Notes under the pieces: model-generated
What the model saw: the letters and a program-made list of their open reading frames with translations, nothing else
Databases searched by the model: none
Told to the model about the DNA's origin: nothing
In this document: positions 47,529-61,287 of the stretch, piece after piece
How positions within the stretch are numbered: position 1 is the stretch's first letter
Layout of the letters: each line of letters begins with the position of its first letter
Origin: the human T2T-CHM13v2.0 reference genome, Homo sapiens
Assembly (NCBI RefSeq): GCF_009914755.1
Contig: NC_060926.1
Length of the DNA: 64,000 nucleotides
Reading direction: 5' to 3' (one strand)
Translations under genes and position numbers: made by a program

Positions 47529-48070
47529 TAGAGCTACCAGACAAAATATAAGATGCCCAGTTAAATTTGAATTTTAGATAGAGGATGAATATATTTTTAG
47601 TATAAGTATATCCCAAGTATTGCATGAGGCATACTTATACTAAAAAAATTCAGTCTTTATCTGAAATTCAAATTTAACTGATGTTCTGTATTTTTTAATT
47701 GTAACTAAAGAAATTATATTGTAAATTATAAGTTAAAATTTTGTAATTAAATTGTAAATTATAAATTAAAAATTGTATTGTAAATCGACAAGTTATAACC
47801 ATATATATTTATGGGGTAAAAGTGATATTATGATATATGCATAAAAAATGGAATAATTAAATCAAGCTAATTAACATACCCATCACCTTACTTATCATTT
47901 TTTGTGGTGAGAACATTTGACATTTACTCTCTTATTAATTATGAGATATACAACAAACAATTAATAACTATAGTCATCATGCTGTGAAATAGACCTAAAA
48001 AAAAAACCCTTATTTCTCCTGTCTAACTGAAGATGTTCTGTATTTTTATTTCCTAAATCTAGCAACCCTA
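47529..48070. mobile_element. MER53 palindromic hAT MITE interrupted by a short L1 3' end
   Basis: cccagttaaatttgaattt...tttagtataagtat / atacttatactaaaa...aaattcaaatttaactg; terminus tctagcaacccta. Confidence 0.88.
47696..48031 (-). mobile_element. Short L1MA-type 3' end inserted into MER53
   Basis: atatttatggggtaaaagtgat...aatcaagctaattaacatacccatcacct; perfect 16-bp TSD gatgttctgtattttt at 47680-47695 and 48032-48047. Confidence 0.88.
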
Positions 48071-50330
48071 GTTGTTTGAATTCTTGGAAAGAGAACATTC
48101 TCACAATATTTGTACATACCTAGGATGTTTAGTACAGAAGTATGTCTAATCTGTACTAACCTGTGTGTTTGCTTTAGGACAAGTGTTTTAGGACATCAGT
48201 GCGTAAACCCTGACTGGAGGCCTTGGTACATCCTACCTGTTCAGCATTAGAACCTTTGGAATAATGAAATAGGAGAAACTACTCTGGGAATGAAAACACC
48301 CCCAGGCTGCTTTCCTTTCTGTTGCCCCCAGTCCATAGGGAGTCAGTCACTCTGAGCTGGATTACGGGGCCACTTTCTGCTGTCTGGCTCAGCATGAGAC
48401 TGGGTGTTTCCATTTCACCTCCAACAGGTCACAATAGGAACAAAGTTGCAAGTCCAAGTTCAATATTTGGCTTCTGTTAAATATTTTACAACTACTCATT
48501 TTTCATGCCCAGAGTTTCCTTTTATTGAATTTTGATGTCTGATTCTGTCTCTTCCATAAGAATTAAATCCACTCACACAAAGGTTCAATCTGAAACTTGT
48601 TGTGAGGAATTCTCCCCCTTAAGTCTGGGTATCCAGGGCCACTAGCAATGGTATTGTTCTCCTATGTTGCTCCCATTGTAATGAGCTTACAATCCGAATC
48701 TTTAGATCTACTGCAAGTTTAATTGAAAGAAGCATTTCAGCACTAAGATCTATTATCCAGTGAATTGAAGGGGAAGTAAGAAACTAATACTGATGCGTGT
48801 CTAGGGTCCACAAACATGGCCGATGAACAAGTATGTTAGCTTATAATTTATTTTGAAAAGAGGCTTGAAATACAAAAATGTTAAATAATGCAAAGAGGTT
48901 GATATCTATAAAGAAGTCTGACATGTCCTCTAGAGCATGAGCCCTTTTTCCAAATAAGGGTCCACATCTACAAGTGGTCAGTTCTTAATTACATGGGGAA
49001 ACAGAAGTGATAGGGCGAACATGTCCCATTCTTGGGCCAGCATCTGAGTAGGAGAATTACCATTATCAAAGGCCTACACACTTATCACATGAAGGCAATA
49101 TGTGTTTTTAAAGTGGCAGGTTGTGCACAGGAGTGCCTCTGCTTAGTGGTGGCTTCTTACTGGTCTGTGAAATTCATATAATTGTTCTAAGAGGTCACTT
49201 GGCTATAGTAGGCTGATTTTGGTCTTGACCAAACTACTGGTCACCTTTACCGAATTGCAAACATGATTTCTACAATTGTTGCCCTTGTTTAGCACATGAA
49301 AAATTTTTGTCCAGAAGAAACTTCTTTTAGTCTTCTATATCAACCAGAAAGAGGTCCTTCCACATCCAGATGTTTCAGACAGTGGACTACGTAGGGAATC
49401 AACATCTGTTATTGATTGATTTGTGATCTTTCCTCTGCCTTTGTTGAAGGTTTTAGCAAGCAGCAAAATGACCAAAAAGCAAGGGATCAAATTTGACTCA
49501 GACTAATAAAAATCTGACCCTTGTCCTAAGCCTCTGGAGTTTTGATTGAGGTTGTGAAACAGTTGTGTTTATGAATCTAGTTAATTGAGCTCTTACTTAG
49601 AATGCTTTCACTTATTGCAAACTATTGAAATGCAAGTGCATTTTAGAAGCATCTGTGTACTATATTCATTAAGCTGCATGTGTCTTCCACATGCCAGTGA
49701 CTTTTGCAAATCCAGGAAAGGCATTCTCCTTCCCAGAACTTGTAGTGGTTCCTAGGATGCTGAAGTCCCATAATTTTATGGATTCTGACGTTAAGTATTT
49801 CAAATGCCATCAAGTTGAAATTTGGCAAAACAATTTATATTCTAGATATATTTTTAAAAACTCTCTGTTTGATGTGCTTGGGATGCTATCTAAAATGAGA
49901 GTCAGGAATGTGAGAATCCATTTCTGTGACAAGCAGGTGAAGACCATGCCTTTTTAGGGGGTTGTCTTGTAGCAGCAAAGTCCTGGGTAAGTTAAAGACA
50001 GGAATGGGAATGTAGTGCAAGTTTCCATCCCTTCCTCCAGCTATTTATGGTCGTTAAGGGCTGAAGGAAGGAAGAAGGTTTCGAGAAGGGGATTTGGAGG
50101 AAGAGAGGAAGAGGACACAGGGGGACAGCAGGAGCTGCAGCCACCATGTGGTGACTCTCTTGAATGGCTGCTAGTTACCAGCTTCTGGCATGATTCTTGA
50201 GTGAAAGACCTTGAACAAACTTGTTTCTAGTGGCAGAAGTTGAGGAGACATCAGGGGACAATTTGAAGGAGGCTGCAGGTTTGCACAGGCCCTTGGAATA
50301 CTAAGCTGGCCACAGTCAAATAGTAATGTT

Positions 50331-50708
<378 letters not shown>

Positions 50709-50976
50709 TAAAATGTTACTTAAACCCTTTTGGTCTCCATAGGCTGGTGAGGCCAGTGGTCTGAGATAAGTAATGTAACTTGCAAATAGCCCTGGCCATC
50801 ATGAGACATCCCAATTTATTGAACATCTTCTGTACTTTTCATCCATATCACCCTTCAAAGGTATCCAAGCTATCTGGGGAACTGATAATAGGCATGTGCA
50901 AGACACACTGCTGGCCAGGTGCACCTTTTTGTAAGAATACTATTGACTATAGGAGTTTCAGCCTATCCTTTTAGAA

Positions 50977-51180
50977 CAGTGTTTCCCAAATTTTTTCCAA
51001 AGCATAAGAACCTTCTGAGTCATTTGTTAACATACAAATTCCCAGGCCTGTCTCTTGGAGATTCTGATTCAGGAGGTTGGTAGGAGAGTGAGGCAAGGTG
51101 GCGAGTGCTGGCATGAGGTCTGAGAATCTGTATTTTTAATGACCACCTCGGGATCTTTATGATCATTAAATTTAGGAGAT
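50977..51180. mobile_element. MER5-type hAT-Charlie MITE
   Basis: cagtgtttcccaaa...aattcccaggcc...gagattctgattcag...gagaatctgtatttttaa. Confidence 0.7.
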
Positions 51181-51670
51181 GTTTACTTTAGATGGGATTA
51201 ATGTATAAAATGACCTGGTTGGCTGGATTTTGCCCAGCATTTGATGTCTGGGATTTAATGAATAAGTACATCATGTTACCTTATTTATGACTTTTCTTAA
51301 TTTCATAGATTTTGGTACATTTCTCTTTTAGGCCTTATTAGGTGGGAGTTCAAATCTTTTAAGTCTTTCTTCCGTGAAAACTGCTTCACCCACATGTTTC
51401 CAGCCATATCTGGATATTGAGTGCAAGGACCAGAATAGCATGCAGTTTTTCAGATGTTGATGTATTAATTACCATTGCGTTCAGGAGGGTAAGAACAAGC
51501 CTTCACCTCTATCCCTTCGCCACTTCCAGACTGCATCTCTTCATCTCTGCATTCCAACCACATAGAACAGCCTCTTTAGAACTCCATGGCCTGCCCATCG
51601 GTCTTTTTTCTTCCTTTGCGGAACACCAAATCCTTTCAACCTATCTACATCTACCAAACTCCCACCACTT

Positions 51671-51978
51671 TTGTTTGTTTGTTTGTTTTTGTTTTTGAGA
51701 TGGAGTCTTGCTCTGTCTTCCAGGCTGGGGTACAGTGGTATGATCTTGGCTCACTGCAACCTTGGCCTCCTGGGTTCAAGCAACTCTCCTACTTCGGCCT
51801 CCTGACTAGCTGCAATTGCAGGCATGCATCACCACATCCAGCTAATTTTTGTATTTTTAGTAGAGATGGGGTTTCACCATGCTGGCCAGGCTGGTCTTGA
51901 ACTCCTGACCTCAAGTGATCTGCCCACCTCGGCCTCCAAAAGTGCTGGGACTATAGGTGTGAGCCATTGCACTTGGCC
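51671..51978 (-). mobile_element. Alu (AluS-like)
   Basis: (TTTG)n tail; TSD ctccca(c/g)cactt at 51659-51670 and 51979-51990. Confidence 0.95.
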
Positions 51979-52787
51979 CTCCCAGCACTTCTTTTAGCTT
52001 ACTTGAGCCCAGTCATCTGGGTATGTGCTCTTTTTCCATGTAGCATCATGTGGTTATGTCTAGAAGAGCATTTGCCACATTCCATCAGTTTATTTGTCAC
52101 CCTGTTAAACTATAAGCTTTGTATTTCCAACAGCAAGCACAGTGCATGGCACATAGTCTGTGCTCAGTACACATTTGTTGAAAGAATGAATGTTTATTTG
52201 TTACATTTTCTGATGTCATCCAACATTCATGTGCTTCTTTGTTTGCAGGAACATGGCAGGGGTAGTGTCTGCAGAAAAAGCCCTTGAAGTCTAGGACAAA
52301 TGAAAGCCCAGATGCTGCAGTTTCACAGGAACATTTTGTATGGCCTCTCCTAAATGTTGACACTCATCTTCCAACTTATATCAAGTCACAGTTGTGAGAG
52401 ACCTTTGCCCTGTTCTCTCCCTTTGAGCGTTTCACATAGTGAGTGTCTTGGCATCATCTGTATTCTGGGAGCTCTCTCTCTGTTCTCTTGTAGAATACTT
52501 ATAAAACATCAGATGGCCCCAATTCTGATCTCTATGGAAACTCATTTTTTTTTTTACCCAGAAAGATGTTTATTTCTATTTTCTTTTTCTTTTTAGCTCT
52601 TATACTTCTCTTTCTTTGATAAAACAACAGGCTTTGAAGAATAGAGGTCTTAAGCTCATTAAGAGCCATTTGGATATGAATGGTTACAAATAGTACATAT
52701 TTTGTTGGACTGGAATGGGAGAAGAGTCTATAAAAACATATGAACTGGGACTCATACCAAATAACATTATTTTGGGAACCATATTTT

Positions 52788-53106
<319 letters not shown>

Positions 53107-53184
53107 GAGAACCATATTTTTAAAAGAAATGGATACTTTCACAATGTGCATGAAAATATCTATTAAGAATACATGTCAGCCAAC

Positions 53185-53648
53185 TCAATTCAAAGTCCTT
53201 CTAAAGGCCTATTAGGTCCTATGTGGTCTGACCCTTGCTACTTCTCTGAACACATCTCCCACCAAATTCCTCTCGCCCACTTGGCTCTAGCCAAATGAGC
53301 CTCTCTGCTTTCCTGTTCACTCAGCCTGAATAACTTTCCCACCTGTTTTCCTTCAATCTCTGCTGAAATATCACCTTCTCAGTGAGTTTTCCTTTGGATA
53401 CGCTATATAAAAACCCACCTCCCCCATCCTGTCTGGCACTATTTAGCTGCCTCTCAGGCTTTATTTTGCTCTAAAGCAGTCATCACCTTCTGAGGTATGT
53501 TCCATGTATTTGTGATTGTTTTGTCTGTCTCCCCTGCTTGAAGGTAAACTCCAGAAAGGCTGAGGCTTGTCTGTCTTGTTCACTGCTGTATCTTCAGGAC
53601 TTAGTCCAGTATCTGGCAACAGACTATGAGATCAATGAATATTTGTCA
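53185..53648 (+). mobile_element. L2 3' region
   Basis: aaatatcaccttctcagtgag...ttgtctgtctcccc...tgtcttgttcactgctgtatct...tcaatgaatatttgt. Confidence 0.75.
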
Positions 53649-56600
53649 TTCAATATTGAATTTAATTTCTATCATATAGTATTTGTAAAATCTGTATTAT
53701 TACAAAAAATGAAATTGTACTTAAGGAAAAGTAAAAAGTTACAGAATAATTACCTCCTAAACTATTGAGTTCTAGACAATTTTGCTGTTGAGATTTTAAA
53801 GTTTTTCATGGACTATTTCATTTCAGTGCTATTAAGATCTTTTATAAGATAAGGAAAATATTCATCACAATTTATTATGGTGAAAAGTGGAAACAATACA
53901 GGTGTCCAACCATTAAGATTTGCTCAATAAGCTAATATATTTCCATACACTGTAGCCTTATACAGTCATGAAAAATCATCTTACTATGAGAAAATGCTTC
54001 TGAGGTACTAAGTGTATAATAAGATATAAATATGCAAAAAAGGATTTCAACTTTGTTGTGGAGGATTGGAAAGAAATGGAAAGAAACAAGTTGAAATAAT
54101 AATGAAACAGAGATACAGATGGTTTCAGTGAACTGCCCAAGACCACACTGTTGGTGGTGAAGGAGCTGAGGGTCAAATCTCGACCAACTTCTCTGCCTTA
54201 GCATTGTCCAAACTGTGCCTACAGCCTCTGCCTGCGCGGTGCTGTGCCCATCAGTCTCACCAGCATCACTCCCTCCAACTCCTGTGCATCTCAGGGCAGG
54301 GGCTGGTGTCTATAACCCCTGCACCTGCACATGTGCCAGTTCACCATGTAGTTTTAGATTTGAGTTACAGTCTAATAGAACTTTGGATCTTATACATCTT
54401 CTCCCTGAGATAATAGGTTTAGATCTCAGCAGGCATAAATCAGTCCTTTAGTTTGACCAGAGAAATAATAGCAAATAGTAAATACTCTGTAGTACTTTCA
54501 GTAATGACAATGAAAGAAGCCTACCAAGGTTGAGTTGATTTTTTTTTTCTTTTCCAGAACTGGGACTGCTGTTGACTAATGTGGAAAGAATTTAGCTAAA
54601 ATGCTGGTCTATTAAAAATAGTCCCAACTGTTAAATTGTAAGTATATCAGTTAATACCTTGGGCAACTCTTAGATTATGGCATCAGTTCATTTGAGGGCA
54701 AGCTCAGATATAAAACATCTTCCAAAGAATTATCACTGGAAAAGTTTATTTGGGTATTTAACCTACATACCGTGTTAGTAAATACAGCCCTAGACTAGAG
54801 TTTATAATCTCAGGAAAGTAGCTTACAAGATGGTCACCATTTATTCTTCTGTTTCCTTAAGCAGCTATCTTGATATCCAAGATGTCCTGCTTATAAACAG
54901 TCATCTAAGAGGCCAGGGAGCAAAGAGAGCTGTGTGATGGATCACCCTCAGCGGGCTGACTCTGCCTGTCATTCTCACTGGCTCTAATTAAAAGACACCT
55001 AAGTCAGAGGTCTGAGGCAGGGATGACAATAGGACAGCAGTCCCCAAAATAGCAGCAAAGGAAAATGGATGCCTTTGGGTGATTGCATGATGTCTGAATT
55101 AATGGCCAGGAAATGAGCGATTATTGCATACTTACAGCTCGGCTGTTTTATAAAGCTGTGGCATGCTCAAAGCCATATTCTTGAACTTGGGGAAATTTAA
55201 GAGAGGAATTTGTTCAGTTATTGCTTGGCTGAATATAATGCATATCCAAGCAGTGCTTAAACCAAGGAGAAAAACACTTTCTGTTACTGCTGTTTTAGTA
55301 TTGATGTTTCTAAAATAAGCATAGTCTTATGAAACTCATTTTGTAGACACATGTAGTCTCTAGCCAGTTGTTGACTTAGAGAAACAGTTTTATTGCTACT
55401 GCTTCTGTTCCTGACTTATAATAATATTAGTTGGTATTTAAATAGCTGTCTTACTGTGGAAGCAAAGCTTCTAAAATCTTTCTCTTCCTTTTTTTTCTAA
55501 AAAAAATATTCCCACAGCACTTCTATTTGGCAAATCGGTGACAAGCATCCTCGTGGCTTGTTACTGTGGCTTATTAGTTCAGTAAGTTAAAGCATCATAC
55601 AGAAGAGGCCACAGTCCGGCGTTGGATCCCCTTGTGGAGGTGAGCTCCCCCAGGCTGCACTCCTCACCCTGTCGCCATTTTGTAATGGTGTCCATTCATC
55701 ACAAGCGGAAACGGGTGAAAGGGTGAGGGTGGATTAGAGCAAATCCATCACGACTACTGGAAACCCAACTGATTATGCCAGCCTCACAGACTGAGGGCTG
55801 GGAGGGGTCCAGGGAGTAATATTATGCAAACAACAGCATGGTATGCAAGTGAGGAAACTGAGGTATGGGTACATTATATTGCTGGATTTTCGTTTTAAAG
55901 ATCCTTTTAATGAACTTTAAATCTATGTGATTTTTCCTGCTTTTTAGTCAGTTTGAATTTTTTAGACATAATCATTAGAACATTGGCCACCATCTAGCCT
56001 GCATCACAAACGGACACCTAATTATTTCTTAAACTATCATGTGTTCTAAAAATAACCATCTCAAGTTTAATAGTTCCAAAACAGATGTCAAATGAAACCT
56101 TGCTCACATATATCCTCTCACAGAGTATGGCCTACCTTAGAGGAGCCTATAGGGAATAAAGAAGAAAAAAAAAAAACTGGAACATAACACTGACTTCAAA
56201 AGGAGGATGATTTTGGTTGAGGTAGGAGATGTTATATTTGGCCTGGTTTTGTTTTGCAGGACAGTTATTCTTAGAGTGGCTGACCTTCCTCCTGTGGATT
56301 TCTTTTATCTTGGCTAAACTGCTCTGTTTTCTCCTCATTTATTTATTTATGCTCCCACTGGTGGTGCCTCTGAGAGGCCCTGCTGCTTTCAGTCTTGCAG
56401 ACTGTGCCATCAGACGCCCTCGAGGGGCCCTTGGTGCTGAGGTCGCCACCAAACGTCTCAAGTGTACCAAGCCCACAACCAAGTTAAATGGAATGGCTTT
56501 GTAGGGATGAGAAAAGTCCATCTCGTTTTCTGACTTCACTCAGTGGCATGCTACTCTTTTCTCATAGCGTGTCTTTGGTGAACAGTAACTGAGGAGAAAG

Positions 56601-57069
56601 GAAAGGCAGCCAAGGTCTGTAAATGCTATTTATATGCTTCCCTGACAAGAGCGATTTGGCTTCATTTTCCAAAGTGCTATATCCACAGATAACCAGAGTG
56701 TGCTCTTACCAGTACAGGCAGCCTGCAACCTACATTTCTGGCTTATTTCCTATTTTTGAGTGGCCTCTGTACCTGGCGTTACTTCTCTGGACACCAGCAT
56801 TATCTGTCCCCATCTGTGTCCTGGTCAGGAGGTACCTGATTTTGACTGTCTGAAGTCAGTCTTCCTGGGGACCTGACTTTCCTGACTCCTCTGTTCCAGC
56901 TTCAGCCCCTCTGCTTCACTGGAAAGGTAACATCTGGGTTTATCCCCAGCACTTTTCCCACCCACACTCTCCACATCTTCTGATAGGAACAACAGCTTAC
57001 TAATTATTTTGGGGGTTAGAAGGCTGGAGAGGAGGCTTCTTATCTCAGGCTTTAAGGAGGTTGTCTGAG

Positions 57070-57310
57070 TCATAATTAAGGCCACAGACCCTGGGACAAG
57101 ACTGCTTAGGTCAAATCCCAACTCCGTTGCTTTTAGCTGTGTGATGTTAGATAAGTTACTTGACCTCTATGGCCTCCACTTTTTCATCTTTCAATGGGAA
57201 TATGGTATCTACCTCACAGGTTTGCAGTGAGGGTTCAGTCTATTAATATTTGTAAAGCCCTTAGAACAGGCCAGGTAGAGTAAGTGCCCTGTAAGTGTTA
57301 CTCAAATAAT
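57070..57310 (+). mobile_element. MIR (near full length)
   Basis: agactgcttaggtcaaatcccaactc...tagctgtgtgat...aagttacttgacctct...tacctcacagg...tgtaaagcccttagaacag. Confidence 0.85.
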
Positions 57311-58367
57311 GAGAAATCACTCCCCTTCAACTGCCTTGCCAGGAACTAAGCATCAGCTGCCTGCAGTTCCCAGCTCCTGGCAAAGATGTAACTGCAGGGT
57401 TAGTACATTTTCCCTCCGTGAGCCCTTGTAAAGCCTTGGCCCTGAAGTCTCACTGTGAATTTTGGGTCTAGGTCTACCCAGCACAGGGCCCTGCTGGCTA
57501 TGGGAGCTGTGAGGTGCGTGGGGGCTGAGTGCCTGCGCATGTTCTGTGAAGTGTGGGGTATGGTGTTAAGCTGGAATCTCTCTGGGATAAAACATATTTT
57601 GTATTCAAGACAGAGATGTTTTTAGAATGAGAGAAAGCAACCCAAGGGAACTAGAGACAAACTGGAAAACAATGTGTGAAAGACAGAAAGACTCAATAAA
57701 TAAAGGGAAAATTGGTTTTGAAGGTAATTTAGAAACCTTAGTTAACCTTCTCAGTATCAGCAACAGGTACTCACTATATTTGTGACCCAAACATTTCCCT
57801 ATCTTGACTAATAAGCTTAAAGCAGTCTTTAAAGATGTGCGTGTCAAGGAGAGAGAAGGGCCAGCACCACCAGCTCCTGCTGGGCTCTGCAGTGTCCCGG
57901 CATACCCTCCAGAGCCTGCTCAGACCTTCTTGGAACTCTTCATGTTCCTAATTAAATCTGCTCTTTACAAGTGCCAACAATGAAGATCAAATAAATATGC
58001 TTTTCCTAATCCATCTTATTGTCGTCTGTCACTTTTGTTTGGTGACTAGTTATGGGATGCATGAGGAAACTACTGTGTATATGTTTTTAAAACATTTTGA
58101 AATGGTCCATATACTTACATATAATTTCTGAATTCTGAAAGACCAAGATGATTCTTCAATAGCCACAGGTCTTGGACCCTGTTTCTCTTAATAACTGTAA
58201 CTATAGAACTTGCTCAGTGCCTTACTCTTAGGAGAGGCTTCAGAAATATTTATTGCATGCAATTACTGAATATATGGCACATGTAACATCTGTTGTATCA
58301 ACAGATAAACAGGATTCTGAGCTGTTTTTTTCTCCATTGGGCTTCAGGTACATAGAAATGGATTGAC

Positions 58368-58746
<379 letters not shown>

Positions 58747-59289
58747 TTATGAAGTAATATATAATGATGAACCCACCATTCAGCAGAAAAGCTCAGATTT
58801 AAAAAATAACCTACATCTAACTTATGGTTCCTCTCACTCTTTCACCCTGGCTCCACCCCCTGAAGAGGTAGTCATCTAGAACCCTAAAACCTTTCTCCTG
58901 GGATGGGAGAGGAGAAGAAAAAACATTCTCATGTTCCAAACAACTGGCCCAGGAATTTCTGAAACAAATCCTGTGCAAATTGGAGACCGTCTCTACAGAC
59001 AGTCTGAGTTGTTCAGGCCAATGGAGTACCTAGTCTGATCTCATTCATCTTTGCATAGAGGACTTTGCAGGCCTGTGATGAAAGAGGTAGGGTGGGAGGA
59101 ATTTCTTTGCCTTTTGATATTAAATGTTTAACAAGGACATACTAATTGACTTTTTAAAGTATAGAATTAAAGCATTTTGTACTAGATTATCAGAACTGAT
59201 ATTCATCTGTAAGCAAAAGCTATTAATAGAAAAGTCTTCTGTGAAGAGAGATTCTCTCATTCACTATGTAAGGAAGCTTTGCCCCTTAT

Positions 59290-61100
59290 CCTTCAACTAC
59301 TCCAAATTCTTCCAGTTGTTTCTTCTGGTATGACTTCCGTATTCCCAAGTAAACACATGCGACTCTTGAGCCATCAGTTTTACTGGCAACCTATTGCATA
59401 GCCACTGTGGCTAAGAGGACGTAGCTCTCTTATGCCAGTCTCCAGACTTTCCCCCATTATTTTTGGTTAAATCAGCATTTCAGAGTTAATAAAATTGTGA
59501 CTATCGATATGTTTGTCTGAGCCAGGCAGTATCCCACGATTACCTTTCCTCTAGCCATGGCACTTTCACTTTCCTTGGAATGACTCATTCCCTTGAGTTT
59601 CATTGGATTTGTTTGCTTTGTGTCCATTAATATGTCTTTGCATACTTTCTAATTGTCTCCCAGTACCATTTCCCTCATGATAACCCATCTGATGTTCTAT
59701 CAGTCTCCCTCTCTGCCTGTACCCCTGGCTTTTTTCTCCCTGGAAGCCTCTCTGGATCCTGAGTCTTCCTGCTCCACTCAGACCCAGCTGCCCTGGAGGC
59801 TCACAGTCCTAGTTTCTTTCCTTGCCCCTTTCCTATATTTACCTCTTATTTTCTTGAAGCATCTATCTTCCTTTCTTGTTTCACTATCTTATTTTGTGAG
59901 AAAAAAAAAAAAAGCACTCCTGAGAAAACAGGGCAGGGGAGGTAATTATTTTAGTATTCTATGTCTCTTAAAATATCTTTATTCTTCTCTCACATTGAAA
60001 TGATAGTTTGGCTACAGGATTCAAAATTGAAAATGATCTTAATTGTCTTCTAGGTCCCAATGTAGCTTCTGAGAAGTTAATGCCATTCTTATTCCTGATC
60101 CTTCATACGTACCCTGTCTTCCACTCTCCCATTTAAAAGTTATTACAATTTCTCTTTCTCCCCAGCGTTCTAAAATTTCCCGATGTGGACATTTTTCATT
60201 AATTATGCTAGGCTCTCACAGGGACTTTCATTCTTCAGAAATACATATTTCTGTTCTGGGAATCTTTCTTATATTATTTATTTGATAATTTTCTCCCAAC
60301 CATTTTCTCCTTTCCTTTTTTTTTGTCAGTTCTATTTATCAGCTATTCCATACCCTGGATTGATACTCTAATTTTCATTTTTGGGGGGTTTCTTTTGACT
60401 CTTTATTTTTCTTTCATTGTCTGTTTCCTTAAGAGATTTTCTTAGATCCTTTTATCGCAATTCTTTTTTTTTTTTTTTTTTTTGGCTATCAAATTTTTCT
60501 TCTTGGAACTCTTCATGCTCCTTATTAAATCTGCTCTGTACAAGTGCCAGCAATGAAGATCAAATAAATTTTGATCAATGAAGATCAAATAAATTTGCTT
60601 GTTCCCTTTTTAGAGCTTCTTCTTATTTCATGCAATGTCTTCTTTTGTCCTGCTGAGAATAGTAATTGTGGTTTGGGGGATGTTTTCTTCTGTCTTTTGC
60701 ATTGTTTCTCTTACCTCTAAGATCCTTTCCTCCCTCCACCAAGTTTCTTGGTTTAGATTTCTGTCCTTTATATTACAGAAGTTCCTCAGATGTCTGGTAC
60801 TTCTGTGCTATAAGATTATAATTAAGAAAAAGGTCATATTATTTGTAATATCTGTAACATTTTATTTTCTAAGCAGAAATTATCTTTGGTTTTCTGATAT
60901 GTTTGATAAAATATTTAACAAAATGGAGGAATCAAAGTTTCCTCAGAATTCTACCTCCTACAGAAAACCACTATTAAAGAAAATCCGTCACATTTTAATG
61001 CATGTGTAAACATACATTTACATAAATAGAATTACAACCTACAGTGTTTGAAAACTGCCCTTTTCCACTATTGCTAGGCCATTAATATCTTTCCATTTCA
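59290..61100 (-). mobile_element. Highly degenerate L1ME-type fragments
   Basis: aaaatatctttattcttctctcacattgaaatgatagtttggct and gagaagttaatgccattcttattcctgatcc resemble antisense old L1. Confidence 0.5.
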
Positions 61101-61115
61101 ATACATATACTATAC

Positions 61116-61287
<172 letters not shown>

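Noticed and set aside
47697-47790. Repeated aattgtaa/aattata units resembling an array
   Set aside because: Degenerate AT-rich tail of the L1 fragment; no constant repeat with unique spacers, so not CRISPR-like.
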